Part shown: positions 1 through 9,834 of the stretch, piece after piece
Position numbering within the stretch: the stretch's first letter is position 1
Layout: the number at the start of each line of letters is the position of its first letter
Origin: Promethearchaeota archaeon
Lineage (GTDB): Archaea; Asgardarchaeota; Lokiarchaeia; Sigyniarchaeales; SOKP01
Length of the DNA: 64,000 nt
Assembly (NCBI GenBank): GCA_048939995.1
Contig: JBHLOY010000001.1
Location: forward strand, 192,001 to 256,000
Reading direction: 5' to 3'
Translations under genes and position numbers: made by a program
The notes under the pieces: model-generated
Database searches by the model: none
What the model saw: the letters and a program-made list of their open reading frames with translations, nothing else
What the model was told of the DNA's origin: nothing

Positions 1-1
1 A

Positions 2-139
2 ATAACACAAGAAGATTTTGAGCTCATTCAAAAACAAACTACTATTACTTGTCCAAATTGTGGAACCCATTTTAAATCAATTCCTAAATATTGCTATAAT
101 TGTAATTCAGAATTAATAAGTGAAGAAAGAAACGAGTGA
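2..139 (+). CDS. 3' end of a protein with a C-terminal zinc ribbon (partial, begins before the window)
   Basis: Frame 2 reads ITQEDFELIQKQTTITCPNCGTHFKSIPKYCYNCNSELISEERNE*. It has CxxC...CxxC, and its TGA overlaps the next gene's GTG (GTGA). Confidence 0.75.
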   Translation: MTQEDFELIQKQTTITCPNCGTHFKSIPKYCYNCNSELISEERNE

Positions 140-1113
140 GAAAGAAACAAATGGCTGGTGAATGGATTGCTATATTAGCAGTATTCTCTTTTATAATATC
201 TAGTGTTCTTTTTCGAAAGACTGAAGTGCAAACCAGTCCTATTTTTATAAATTTCATTCGAACTGCTATTGGTACAATTACTTTCGTAATTTTAGCCGTT
301 ATCTCGCAAATTTTCTTTACAATTTTTTTATTACCGATTGAATTATGGGTTTTATTATGTGTTAGTTTCTTATTTGGACAAGTTATAGGTGATACTTCTT
401 ACTTTCAGGCTCAAAAAAGGTTAGGGACTACAATGGCATTAGCTATCTCAATGACCTTTCCTTTTTTCACCATCCTCTTCTCATTAATTTTCTTAAATCG
501 TCCGCTTAAGTTTAATTTAATATTATCTTTGATTTTTATTAGTAGTGGAATAATAATTATTAGTAAAACAAAAATTTCAGGAGAAAAATTTGAATCAATT
601 AATCACCAAGAGAAGCAAAAAATTAAGGCTTTTTTATCAAAAGCGTCATTTAAAGCAGTAATTTTTGCTTTAGTTGCTGCGTTAACTTGGGCAATGGGAC
701 TAGTTATGATAGATTTTGCTACAAATGAAATTAATGAAATCCTTAACCTAGAGGGCTTAAGTTCTGTAATAGGAAATTTAATTAGATTTCCTTTTGCTCT
801 ACTAATTTTGTCCTTAATGGTTTTTACAGAAAAAGTATATCATAAAAAAGGAAAGATTAATTCTCTTCAGAAAAGAACCCCAAAAACATGGGCATTTTTA
901 ATAATTGCATCATTAATCGGCACCTCTTTAGGAGCCTACTTATTTACTGAAGCTGCTCGAACAGCGGGAGCAACTGTGATGTCTCTAATAGCAAGTGCAA
1001 GCCCTCTCTTTTCCTTACCTTTTGCTTACTGGATCAATAAAGAAAAGATTACTAAGCTAGGATTTATAGGTGTATTACTGACTATTATTGGAGTGATAAT
1101 AGTGATAGTTTGA
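136..1113 (+). CDS. DMT/EamA family drug-metabolite transporter
   Basis: About 10 TM helices in two repeats; 'GQVIGDTSYFQA..LG...A.AISMTFP' and 'GAYLFTEA....GA..MSLIASASPLF'. Confidence 0.85.
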   Translation: MRKKQMAGEWIAILAVFSFIISSVLFRKTEVQTSPIFINFIRTAIGTITFVILAVISQIFFTIFLLPIELWVLLCVSFLFGQVIGDTSYFQAQKRLGTTMALAISMTFPFFTILFSLIFLNRPLKFNLILSLIFISSGIIIISKTKISGEKFESINHQEKQKIKAFLSKASFKAVIFALVAALTWAMGLVMIDFATNEINEILNLEGLSSVIGNLIRFPFALLILSLMVFTEKVYHKKGKINSLQKRTPKTWAFLIIASLIGTSLGAYLFTEAARTAGATVMSLIASASPLFSLPFAYWINKEKITKLGFIGVLLTIIGVIIVIV

Positions 1114-1128
1114 GAAATGTTAAAAATA

Positions 1129-1704
1129 TTAAAGAATCTTATCATACCCGAATTCATTCTTTTTTAAAATTAGAGCTGCCATTTCTTCGAAAATCTTTCT
1201 AATATTGATGTTTTCCTTTGAGGAGGTGGCATAATAAGGAATATTATTGTGTTTCTTTCGAAAACTCTCAATTACTAAATCATCAACTCTTTTTTTATCT
1301 TTAATTAAATCAAGTTTACAGCCAACTAAGACTTTTGGAATATCTTGAGGCATCAGCTTTTGTAAATGTTCGTTCCACCAATCTAAACCAAGTAATGTAT
1401 TATTAAGATTATAAAGACTGAATACGTAAAAAATACCATTTGCTCCATGTATATAATAGCTAAACATTTTTTTGAATTGTTCTTGTCCTCCAAAATCCCA
1501 GATACTGAAACGTAAAAAGTTTTTTTCCTCATTAATAATAATAGGCATGTCATAGGTGTAGAAATCTATTCCTATTGTAAGTTTAGTATCTGCATCAAAA
1601 GTATCAAAACATAACCTTCTTGCTATGCATGTTTTACCCACGAAAGCATGCCCCAGTAGGCAAATCTTGAATATATAGGCGGGTTTTTCCTCTTGTTGAA
1701 ACAT
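1129..1704 (-). CDS. Rab-like small GTPase
   Basis: FKICLLGHAFVGKT (G1), LTIGIDF (G2), WDFGGQ (G3), GCKLD (G4), TSSK (G5). Confidence 0.92.
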   Translation of the reverse strand: MFQQEEKPAYIFKICLLGHAFVGKTCIARRLCFDTFDADTKLTIGIDFYTYDMPIIINEEKNFLRFSIWDFGGQEQFKKMFSYYIHGANGIFYVFSLYNLNNTLLGLDWWNEHLQKLMPQDIPKVLVGCKLDLIKDKKRVDDLVIESFRKKHNNIPYYATSSKENINIRKIFEEMAALILKKNEFGYDKIL

Positions 1705-2413
1705 TATATTATCTCACAATTCTGCCTATAATTAAAAAAGTTTTCTTTATAGATAGAACAATATATTTAATTTTAAATCTTTATGTCTTTTTCTTATTTT
1801 TATGATTGTGTCTATGGAATATGTCCTAAAGGTCATAAAAAAATGATTGATGTTTAGTAATTGGAGAAAAAAAGTTTTAGCTTTATTTTTAAGTTTGAAC
1901 TAATAAGCAAAATTGAATACTATTGCAAATTACCTCTAGTTAAATAAATCTTATTACATTTATCGTTTCCATATGGATTAAAATTGAGTATGATCCCAAT
2001 TATTTCTATTTGTATTTTGCTTTTTATTGATTTTCTACAGAAGATTTCAGTAATAAGTCAGCTACCGTCAAGCTAGATAACAAAGATATATTAAAGTTTT
2101 TATTAGAAGGCATATATCTTAAGTTTAAGTCAATAGGTTCCATTAAATTATTTGATATTAAAGATATCTAAAAGTAAAACATTACTATTTGAACCCAAAA
2201 ATTGATCAAAAATTAACAATCCATTTCACTAGTTAAAAAAAATATTTTTTGTATCCCCAAATTTTTTTGTCGATCAAAAGTGGATAATCTTATCATTGGA
2301 ATTCATATCTTCAACCAACATATTTAAATAGAAGTAATACCAATTTAGAAATAAGAACGTTAAATTGTATGAAAAATTTAACTCTTCTCTAAAAAAAATA
2401 ACAAATAAAAAGT

Positions 2414-2418
2414 GGAGG
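2414..2418 (+). promoter_or_regulatory. Shine-Dalgarno site of the histone gene
   Basis: GGAGG 8 nt upstream of ATG 2427. Confidence 0.7.
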
Positions 2419-2426
2419 AATAGAAA

Positions 2427-2633
2427 ATGGCTGCATTTGCCTGGTCACCATTACGTTCTTTAATGAAAAAAGCTGGTGCTGAAATTGTGAGTCGTGCTGC
2501 AGTTGATAAATTAATGGATTATTTAGAAGAATATGCAAAGGAACTTACAACTTGCGCTTTAGACATCGCAAAGCACTCTGGCCGAAAGAAGGTAACTCAG
2601 GCTGATATGAAACTTGCTATCGGTATGATGTAA
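2427..2633 (+). CDS. Archaeal histone (HMf/HMt family, tailless)
   Basis: 68 aa histone fold: 'PLRSLMKKAGAEIVS..A...L..YLEE......A...AKHSGRKKVTQADM'. Confidence 0.95.
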   Translation: MAAFAWSPLRSLMKKAGAEIVSRAAVDKLMDYLEEYAKELTTCALDIAKHSGRKKVTQADMKLAIGMM

Positions 2634-2683
2634 ACCGATAGAACAATTTGGGTCAAATTTTAATAATTTTTTCTTTTTTTTTT
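2617..2683 (+). terminator. Histone 3' hairpins plus oligo-T terminator
   Basis: CTATCGGT-ATGATGTAA-ACCGATAG (2617-2641), AATTTG-GGT-CAAATT (2645-2659), T tract 2667-2683. Confidence 0.6.
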
Positions 2684-3131
2684 AAAATTTATATATAGTA
2701 TCACAGCAAGAATCTCCTTCTGCAACAGTATTTAGAATCTCTAATTTTATATTATCATTTACAGCTGTGCGAAAGTATTCATGATCTATTTCCATCACAG
2801 CTTCACATAATTCTCGTGATGTGTTTTCTAATCCAAAAGGGCATTTGGTACCTTGAATATGGAATAAATTGTCTGAAATTGATACGACCTTAACATATCT
2901 CTGATCAAAACTTTTTGAAAAAGCCATTGCAACAGTTATTAATTTATTATCAGATAGTTTAGCTTTAATTTTTAAGCCCAGAGCCCGTCCCTGCTTTCTA
3001 CATACCTCTGTGATCAAGGGTAATGCTTCTTCTCCAAATTTTTTATAAAAAGCTTTAATCATTATTCCTTGAGCTTCAATAGGATTAGTTGGCAGATTTT
3101 GATCGCTTGGTTCTTCCATACTATAATTCAA
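2682..3131 (-). CDS. V4R/ATC-hydrolase-like (methanogen output domain-like) small ligand-binding protein
   Basis: 'CPFG...ELCEAVMEID...TVAEGDSCC' Cys pattern; N-terminal 'KKFGEEA...CRKQGRALG'. Confidence 0.6.
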   Translation of the reverse strand: MNYSMEEPSDQNLPTNPIEAQGIMIKAFYKKFGEEALPLITEVCRKQGRALGLKIKAKLSDNKLITVAMAFSKSFDQRYVKVVSISDNLFHIQGTKCPFGLENTSRELCEAVMEIDHEYFRTAVNDNIKLEILNTVAEGDSCCDTIYKF

Positions 3132-3490
3132 TTAATGATACAAATTTTTAATTATATGAAAGAATTAACTCTACACTATTGAAATTTACTATTTGAAATT
3201 TCGTGCAACATTTTTTGGAAAAAAAGTATAATCCCCATAATACGGCAATTGACATTCCTTTGGGTATAAAAAATTATTCTCAACTCAATAGCAGCTTTTA
3301 ATCCCCTTCAATGGACTATTTGCTCATTATTACTTTCTTTTTAACATTTTACAAATGTTGTACTATGATTCATAATGAAAAATGTATGATAAAAAAAATT
3401 ACTAAATTAATAATATCTTTTCGTTTATATTGAGTTCTTTCTGTTTTTCTATGAGACAATTTTATTATAGATAGGAGGAGGAGCTTAATT

Positions 3491-3784
3491 ATTCCAACCA
3501 AAACCATTAGATTTAATGAGAAAGACGAAAAGATTTTATATGATAATTGGAATATAGAAATAGTCAGAGAGTTTAAAGCTTTCTTAAAGAAAAAGCTTTC
3601 TTTAGAACAGAAGTTAGAGTCCTATATTTTAAATTCAGATAATCCAAAAGAAACGAAACAACGACTTATAAAAGAAAAATTGAAATTGATCAAATTTATG
3701 ATGAGAAAGGGGGCATCTCAAGAAACTTTAGACAGATTAAGTAGGGAATATTTTCAGCTAAGAAATGTTCAAGATTCTTGTTAA
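3491..3784 (+). CDS. Unlisted 97-aa protein with possible ribbon-helix-helix N-terminus; ATT start
   Basis: Frame is open 3455-3784 (IPTKTIRFNEKDEKILYDNW...QDSC*). AGGAGGAGGAG at 3473-3483; no NTG start near the 5' end. Confidence 0.6.
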   Translation: MPTKTIRFNEKDEKILYDNWNIEIVREFKAFLKKKLSLEQKLESYILNSDNPKETKQRLIKEKLKLIKFMMRKGASQETLDRLSREYFQLRNVQDSC

Positions 3785-3943
3785 ATATTAAATCTATTTC
3801 TCTTTTTTTAAAAATTAAAAAAATACTAAATTTTACAATAACCCTTTTAATTATTTTTATAGTTTGTATTTATAGAGATTCTATTATATTATGTAAATAA
3901 TTTATTCTTTTTTATGTGAAGCTGACAAAATTAGAATACAAAA

Positions 3944-5377
3944 ATGAAAAAGTTAACGTATGATAAAGTCCCTCTAAAAATTAAGTTTTTTGGAGGATTT
4001 GGAGCGTTTGGGATTAATTTAACGACAGGATTATTTTTAACATGGACTCAAATCTTTTACATTAATATGATTTTAATTGATCCCTTGATGTGGGCGCTTG
4101 CTTGGATTATATATTTCATATGGAATGCGCTTAACGACCCTATTTTTGGTCATATTTCAGATAAAACCCGAACTAAATACGGACGGAGAATTCCATATTT
4201 AATGATATGCGGTCCCTTATTATCAATTAGTTTTATATGCATATATCTTGTACCAGCTTATAGTTCTTCTTGGATTAAATTTAGCTGGTTATTAATTTCC
4301 TTATTATTATATGATTCTTTTTTTACAATGGTCTCTTTATGTTTTAGTTCATTATTAGCAGAATTGTCGATAAATCCAGAGGAGAGAGCATTAATTAACA
4401 TCTTTTCAGGATTAGGAGCAGGAGTTGCTGTTGCGCTAACTTATGCTCTTCCTATTTTATTCATATTTTTTAATCCAATGCCACTTGTTGAGGAAATCTT
4501 CACGTTTCAAATTATAGCATTAATTTTAGCTATATCTGGAGCAATATTTCTATCCATTACGTCATTTGGTATTAAAGAACGTCCTGAACTACTACCAGAA
4601 AAAGAAGAAACCCTAGACTTATGGCATTCTATAAAAAATGTCTTAAAAAATAAGAGTTTCCAAACGTATGTGATTTTTAACTTCACAATGGCTTATGTTT
4701 TATTTTCTGTGAATTCGAACTTACCCTTTTACTTAGAATATGTGTTAAATCTTTCATTAGAAAACATTATCTCATCCACTCCTTTACTACTTTTTCTTAT
4801 TTTTACGGTAATAGGACTTCCGGTAGGATTAGCACTTACAAAAAGGAAAGGAAATAAACGAGCCCTTTTCTACCTTTCGATTCTAGGTTTAACAGGATTC
4901 ATTCTTCTTACTTTTGCAGATAATATATACCTTGTGAATATCTCATTTGTTATTATTGGATTTGGTTTCTCAGGTCAAAGTCTATTAGTTTTTACCTTAT
5001 TAGGTGACATTATTGATAAAGATGAATTAGAGACTGGTGTTCGCAGAGAAGGGGCGTATTTTGGAACGGATGCCTTGATTACAAGGCCAGCTCAGTCATT
5101 AGCTGCAGGAATTTCAGGTTTAATCTTTTTTCTTACAAATTTTCAACAAAGTCTAGCAGAGGGAGAAAGTCAACCCGAAAGTGCGATTATTGGCATAAAA
5201 TTGTTATTGGGAATTATTCCTGCAATTTTTATTATTTTAGGGTTAATCTCTCTCTGGTATTATCCTTTAGACCCTTTAACAAAAGATTACAAAGAAATCA
5301 AAAAGCAAGTACTAGTTTTACATGAAGAGAAATTACATAGATTAAAAGAAAGATTGGGAAAAAAATCAGAGAATTAA
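3944..5377 (+). CDS. MFS transporter, GPH (MelB-like) family
   Basis: 'WNALNDPIFGHISDKTRTKYGRRIPY' and 'DIIDKDELETGVRREGAYFG'. Confidence 0.92.
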   Translation: MKKLTYDKVPLKIKFFGGFGAFGINLTTGLFLTWTQIFYINMILIDPLMWALAWIIYFIWNALNDPIFGHISDKTRTKYGRRIPYLMICGPLLSISFICIYLVPAYSSSWIKFSWLLISLLLYDSFFTMVSLCFSSLLAELSINPEERALINIFSGLGAGVAVALTYALPILFIFFNPMPLVEEIFTFQIIALILAISGAIFLSITSFGIKERPELLPEKEETLDLWHSIKNVLKNKSFQTYVIFNFTMAYVLFSVNSNLPFYLEYVLNLSLENIISSTPLLLFLIFTVIGLPVGLALTKRKGNKRALFYLSILGLTGFILLTFADNIYLVNISFVIIGFGFSGQSLLVFTLLGDIIDKDELETGVRREGAYFGTDALITRPAQSLAAGISGLIFFLTNFQQSLAEGESQPESAIIGIKLLLGIIPAIFIILGLISLWYYPLDPLTKDYKEIKKQVLVLHEEKLHRLKERLGKKSEN

Positions 5378-5378
5378 T

Positions 5379-5445
5379 TTTTGACTTTTCTTATGTCCCT
5401 TTCTAATATAAACATAAATGATGCATTTTGGACAAAAAGTCAAAA
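5379..5445. terminator. Long inverted repeat between convergent genes (probable bidirectional terminator or RNA structure)
   Basis: TTTTGACTTTT(CTTA)TGTCC ... GGACAAAAAGTCAAAA. Confidence 0.5.
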
Positions 5446-5482
5446 TGTTAATAATAAAACCTCAATACATCTACTTGATGAT

Positions 5483-6358
5483 CTATGCCTCACTTCTAAA
5501 AATTTCTATGATTGGAGCATAATCTAATTCTTCTTGTGGTTTTTCATAGTAACTAACATTTTCATTTAACTCTTCTACATTCTTCACTCCCATAAGAATT
5601 AAAGACACTCCCTGAAGGGATTTAATATAACTTATACATTTACATGGAGTGATTTCTTTAGGAATCTTCTGTTTAAGGCTTAGTCCCCCTGTTTGATATT
5701 TTGCAATACTCACAGTTTTATTCTGCATTAAAATTCTACCTGCTGCAAACGGCTTTATTGCTACTAATCCTACTTTATTTTTTAAACATTCCTCAAGGAG
5801 CTCAGTTCTTCCTGGTAACCCATGATTTACTATATTAATAGGAAACATTATCATATCAAAACTTCCACTTTTAATCGCTCGTTTAGCTACAGTGATATCA
5901 TGGGTGCTTAATCCTAAATGCTTTGCTTTTCCCTCGTCTTGAAATGATTTTGCCATGTCTAATAAACCTTTGGGTTTCATAATTTTATCAAGTTCATTTT
6001 TCCCGACAAATTGAATATTTAGAATATCAACGTATTCTGTTCCTAAAATTGACAATATCCTTAGAAATGCTTTTTCACATTCCTGTAAGTTTCTATTCTT
6101 TTTAGGTCTACCTTCTATCTCAATAGTTCCAAGATGTCCTGCTATTATTAAATCATCTCTATAGTTTTTTAAGGAGAAAGCTAACTTCTTAAGATAATGT
6201 TGAACAGAAAAGAGAATGTCGAAGTAATTGATTTTATTTTCAATAGCACTGACAATCACTGAATCTACTATTGCTTGTGTTTGTCCGAATAAATGCTCAG
6301 TACCTATTCCTAATTCACTTACCTTTAATCCTGTTCTCCCTAACTCTTTAAATTGCAT
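5483..6358 (-). CDS. Aldo/keto reductase
   Basis: 'LGRTGLKVSELGIG', 'INYFD', 'GKAKHLGLSTH', 'AIKPFAAG'. Confidence 0.88.
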   Translation of the reverse strand: MQFKELGRTGLKVSELGIGTEHLFGQTQAIVDSVIVSAIENKINYFDILFSVQHYLKKLAFSLKNYRDDLIIAGHLGTIEIEGRPKKNRNLQECEKAFLRILSILGTEYVDILNIQFVGKNELDKIMKPKGLLDMAKSFQDEGKAKHLGLSTHDITVAKRAIKSGSFDMIMFPINIVNHGLPGRTELLEECLKNKVGLVAIKPFAAGRILMQNKTVSIAKYQTGGLSLKQKIPKEITPCKCISYIKSLQGVSLILMGVKNVEELNENVSYYEKPQEELDYAPIIEIFRSEA

Positions 6359-6452
6359 ACTTTAACCTAAATATATTATTTGTAATGATTAGAATGATGA
6401 GGAATTATAAAACTTATATCCAGACTGCGATTACTGATTTATTGTATCAAAA

Positions 6453-7010
6453 TTAAAAATCCTCATGTTTCTCTATAGTTCCATATCGTTCGAAGAGAGT
6501 TTCTGTTATTACGTTAAAAGCTTCTTCCACATTTTGACCTGTCTTTGAGGATAATTCTACAAACGAGGAGAGATTATACTTTTTGGCAGCTAATATTCCT
6601 TCTTCTCTTGGTACAGATCTATATTCTTCTAAATCTAATTTAGACCCTATTAACATAATGGGAATATCACCTGAATGTTCTCGAATAATTTGTGTCCAAT
6701 CCGGTAAGTGATCCAATGATAAACGATTTGTAATATCATAAAGAAAAAACGCTGCATTTGCACCCTTACAATACTGATGAAGCAAAAATCTAAAGCGTTC
6801 TTCACCACCAAAATCCCATATTTGTAATTTTACTTTCTTCTCTTGAAAATATGTAGTTTTTGAATAAAAATCTACCCCAATGGTTAACTTGAGATCTTCT
6901 AAAAAAAATCCGGAGATATATCTAATTGTAAGTGATGTTTTTCCGACAGAGGCGTCTCCTAACATCATCAATTTGAAAGTAAAATCATAATCCGTCATAT
7001 ATCTCAACAA
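6453..7010 (-). CDS. Rab-like small GTPase
   Basis: GDASVGKTS, LTIGVDF, WDFGGEERF, GSKLD, ELSSKTG; likely start ATG at 6998. Confidence 0.93.
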   Translation of the reverse strand: MLRYMTDYDFTFKLMMLGDASVGKTSLTIRYISGFFLEDLKLTIGVDFYSKTTYFQEKKVKLQIWDFGGEERFRFLLHQYCKGANAAFFLYDITNRLSLDHLPDWTQIIREHSGDIPIMLIGSKLDLEEYRSVPREEGILAAKKYNLSSFVELSSKTGQNVEEAFNVITETLFERYGTIEKHEDF

Positions 7011-7162
7011 TGGAAATTCTTTAGCAAATATTATTAGATTTTTTTAAATTACTCTAAATAATTAATAAAGTATAAGATTTTATTATTTTCTTTTAATAAG
7101 AATTATATCTATTATTATTTAATAATTCTTTTTAATAGGGATTTTTTCTGATATGATAGTGG

Positions 7163-7771
7163 TCATATAACTAAGATTAAAATGTTAAATACAGAATGAG
7201 CAATTATACATACCATTAAAGATCTATTTGAGTAAATAAAAATAAGACCAAGTAAGAACCCTAATAAAAAATAATAACCAAAATATGCAATAATTGTTTG
7301 TACTGGAACTAAGAAGGGAGGTAAATGATAAATCGTGAAAAAAGTCGAAGATATTAGTACCGCATAAATCAATTTTAATTTTCGTTTTAATTTCTGAATA
7401 AAAAAACCTCTAAAGAATCCTTCTTCGGAAGGACTTGTAACTAAAACCTGTATAATGATTAGAAGAGTGATTTCTAAAAGATTTGGTTTTATAGGTTCTG
7501 TAATAATCCTATTTGAGATCCCTTCTTCTACAAATTGTATTCCAAGTAAAATTGTAATTAATATATCCCTATATAAAAATAATAATAATCCTGCAAATAA
7601 GTATAAAAAAATTCCTAGGTCTATACCTATAATTATTTTTAAAAAACTATTTAGAATACTTTTAGAGTCTCTAACAAAACCAATCTCTTTAAATTCGGCT
7701 TTAAGTGGCTTTTTTCCTAATACTGCAGAAATAACCAAAGGAATGATTAAAATAATTAACTCAAGAATCAT
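7163..7771 (-). CDS. CPBP/CAAX-II (Rce1/Abi) intramembrane protease; may extend to ATA at 7816
   Basis: SEEGFFRG, FTIYH and AHSVFN motifs intact. Confidence 0.85.
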   Translation of the reverse strand: MILELIILIIPLVISAVLGKKPLKAEFKEIGFVRDSKSILNSFLKIIIGIDLGIFLYLFAGLLLFLYRDILITILLGIQFVEEGISNRIITEPIKPNLLEITLLIIIQVLVTSPSEEGFFRGFFIQKLKRKLKLIYAVLISSTFFTIYHLPPFLVPVQTIIAYFGYYFLLGFLLGLIFIYSNRSLMVCIIAHSVFNILILVI

Positions 7772-7890
7772 TAATAGGATGAGAAGCCAAAAATCTTCTC
7801 CTAGTTGAATTGTTATATTAACGACCTCTGAAAATTATAAAATTAATTAACCCGTTATTATAATATTTATTCTCTCGATTTATAATTCTA

Positions 7891-9147
7891 ATGACAATTA
7901 AAGGTAATTTTTTTAAGACTGAGAACGTTCCAAAAGTTCAAGATTCAATAGGTTTAACTAAGGAACAAATTTTATTAAATGATCTTAAGCAAATTGCCCA
8001 TGAATATTTAGAAATCGAAGATTTAAAAAAAAAATTTGTTGATATTATTTTAAAAAATCTTAAGGATTTAGATCTTTCTGAATTGTTAAAATATCCTAAT
8101 TATGATATAAAAGAAAATTTAATAAAAAATGCAGTGTTTCCAGCCAATATTCGGGGGTTAAACGTTGTAAGTGTGGATGGAAGTTCTGTATTGAAAAAAT
8201 TTATGAATATTGACCTTTCTTTCTTGAAGGCTATTGCGGTTAAATATCATTTCTATCAAAATGATTCCTCCAAAATCGATTATTTTCCAGATATAAGTGG
8301 ATATAACAACTATAAAGTACAAGGAACCTATGTAAATCGTGAAGAAAGCGAAGTTGAAACTACTGTCTCAATGGATATGACATACATGGAATTGAATTTG
8401 CTAAATAATCTCATTTCAAAAAATTCTGATATTGATCTTATCATATTAGATGGATCAATAGTAATAATGCCCATAAATTATATATTCTCAAAAGATATTG
8501 AACTTTCAAGAAGATATGACATATTACTAAAGGAATATGAAAAATTATATTATAATTGTAAAGAGAATGGAATTATATTAATCGGTTCAATTAAAGATAC
8601 TAGAACATCTGCTTTAACAAATACGCTTAGAAGCTCCATACAGATGCTAAAACCAAGCACAACAAGATTACATGATTTCCTTAATATAAATTATCGCCAA
8701 TTAATGGAATATTTTTCAGATTTAGACTTATTTAGTCGTATTTTAAACAAATCAGAAAGAAGTTGTATTTTTAATTGTAAAAGAGAAGTAGATAAAATAA
8801 GAGATACTGGCATAAAAAAAGAAATACCATACTATTTTCCTTTCAACTTTTACGCATTCTATTTAAAAACAGCATTACACGATTCTCCATGTCGATTTGA
8901 ATTTTTTATGGATTATAAAAGTTCGAATAAAGAAGCTACAAAAAAAGCAGACTTAATTTCATCAATTTTATTACCAATTTCAAGTCTTAATGAATTTTAT
9001 GGACTTCCAATACCACAAGTCGAGGCTCATAGAAGAGCTGCATTTAAACCTCAAGAATTGGGTCTCTTATTTAACAATTTAACTAGAACATTAAGTAAGA
9101 ATGGAATATTCCTGAAAGAAAAGAGGAGAATGAGAAGACCATTTTAA
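7891..9147 (+). CDS. nurA: NurA family nuclease
   Basis: VVSVDGS, ILDGSI, SIKD and C-terminal YGLPIPQVEAHRRA. Confidence 0.85.
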   Translation: MTIKGNFFKTENVPKVQDSIGLTKEQILLNDLKQIAHEYLEIEDLKKKFVDIILKNLKDLDLSELLKYPNYDIKENLIKNAVFPANIRGLNVVSVDGSSVLKKFMNIDLSFLKAIAVKYHFYQNDSSKIDYFPDISGYNNYKVQGTYVNREESEVETTVSMDMTYMELNLLNNLISKNSDIDLIILDGSIVIMPINYIFSKDIELSRRYDILLKEYEKLYYNCKENGIILIGSIKDTRTSALTNTLRSSIQMLKPSTTRLHDFLNINYRQLMEYFSDLDLFSRILNKSERSCIFNCKREVDKIRDTGIKKEIPYYFPFNFYAFYLKTALHDSPCRFEFFMDYKSSNKEATKKADLISSILLPISSLNEFYGLPIPQVEAHRRAAFKPQELGLLFNNLTRTLSKNGIFLKEKRRMRRPF

Positions 9148-9152
9148 TTATT

Positions 9153-9824
9153 TTACTTTATATAGATTTCGAGCCGATTTAGTATTATATCTTCAAAAAA
9201 AACATGCTTTTTTCTTAATATTTTATGTATAAACCCTCTTTCTCGACAAATTTTATTTATTTGTTTACTATGAACTATACTCGAACTGATGAAATATATA
9301 TAATTTTTTTTATTCCCTTCGATAAATTCAATGACTTCGTCGAGAAAGCTTTCTAAGATCTCAATTCCCTTTACTCCTCCATTCCAGCTAAGGTCAAAAG
9401 GTATTTTATTACCTTTAATTGATGGTAGATAGGGGGGATTGAATATGATAATGTTAAACTTCTGTTTTAATCTCTGAGGGAATGATTTAAACAAATCTGA
9501 TTGAAGGAATATTATGTCTTCTTCAAAATTATTTAATTTTTCGTTTAATTTAGCGCAATGGATTGCTTCCTCTATAATATCAGAAGCGTATATTTGTGGT
9601 TTAAAATTTGGATAAACTTTTTTTATCAATAAAAGAAAAATAGCAATAATTCCTGTGCCAGTCCCCATATCTAAAACATTTGTAATAGAATCAAATTCTA
9701 TACTATCAAAATGAGTAGAGGTTATATTTTCTTTGAAATAATCGATTATCAAATAAGAATCATCAGAGGGGCTATAAACATTTTCTGATTTGTTAGAAAT
9801 AAAAGGATCAGGTATTTCCTTGAT
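9153..9824 (-). CDS. hemK: HemK2/N6AMT1-like (PrmC-type) methyltransferase; start extended from 9752 to ATC at 9824 or 9830
   Basis: LDMGTGTG, FNPPY and WNGG motifs. The in-frame upstream extension contains 'VYSPSDDSYL', the family N-terminal motif. Confidence 0.85.
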   Translation of the reverse strand: MKEIPDPFISNKSENVYSPSDDSYLIIDYFKENITSTHFDSIEFDSITNVLDMGTGTGIIAIFLLLIKKVYPNFKPQIYASDIIEEAIHCAKLNEKLNNFEEDIIFLQSDLFKSFPQRLKQKFNIIIFNPPYLPSIKGNKIPFDLSWNGGVKGIEILESFLDEVIEFIEGNKKNYIYFISSSIVHSKQINKICRERGFIHKILRKKHVFFEDIILNRLEIYIK

Positions 9825-9834
9825 GTTGATTCAC

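Noticed and set aside
1960-2300. Replication origin (ORB-like TTCCA words)
   Set aside because: Only short, degenerate matches, with no G-string and no cdc6/orc1 gene nearby.
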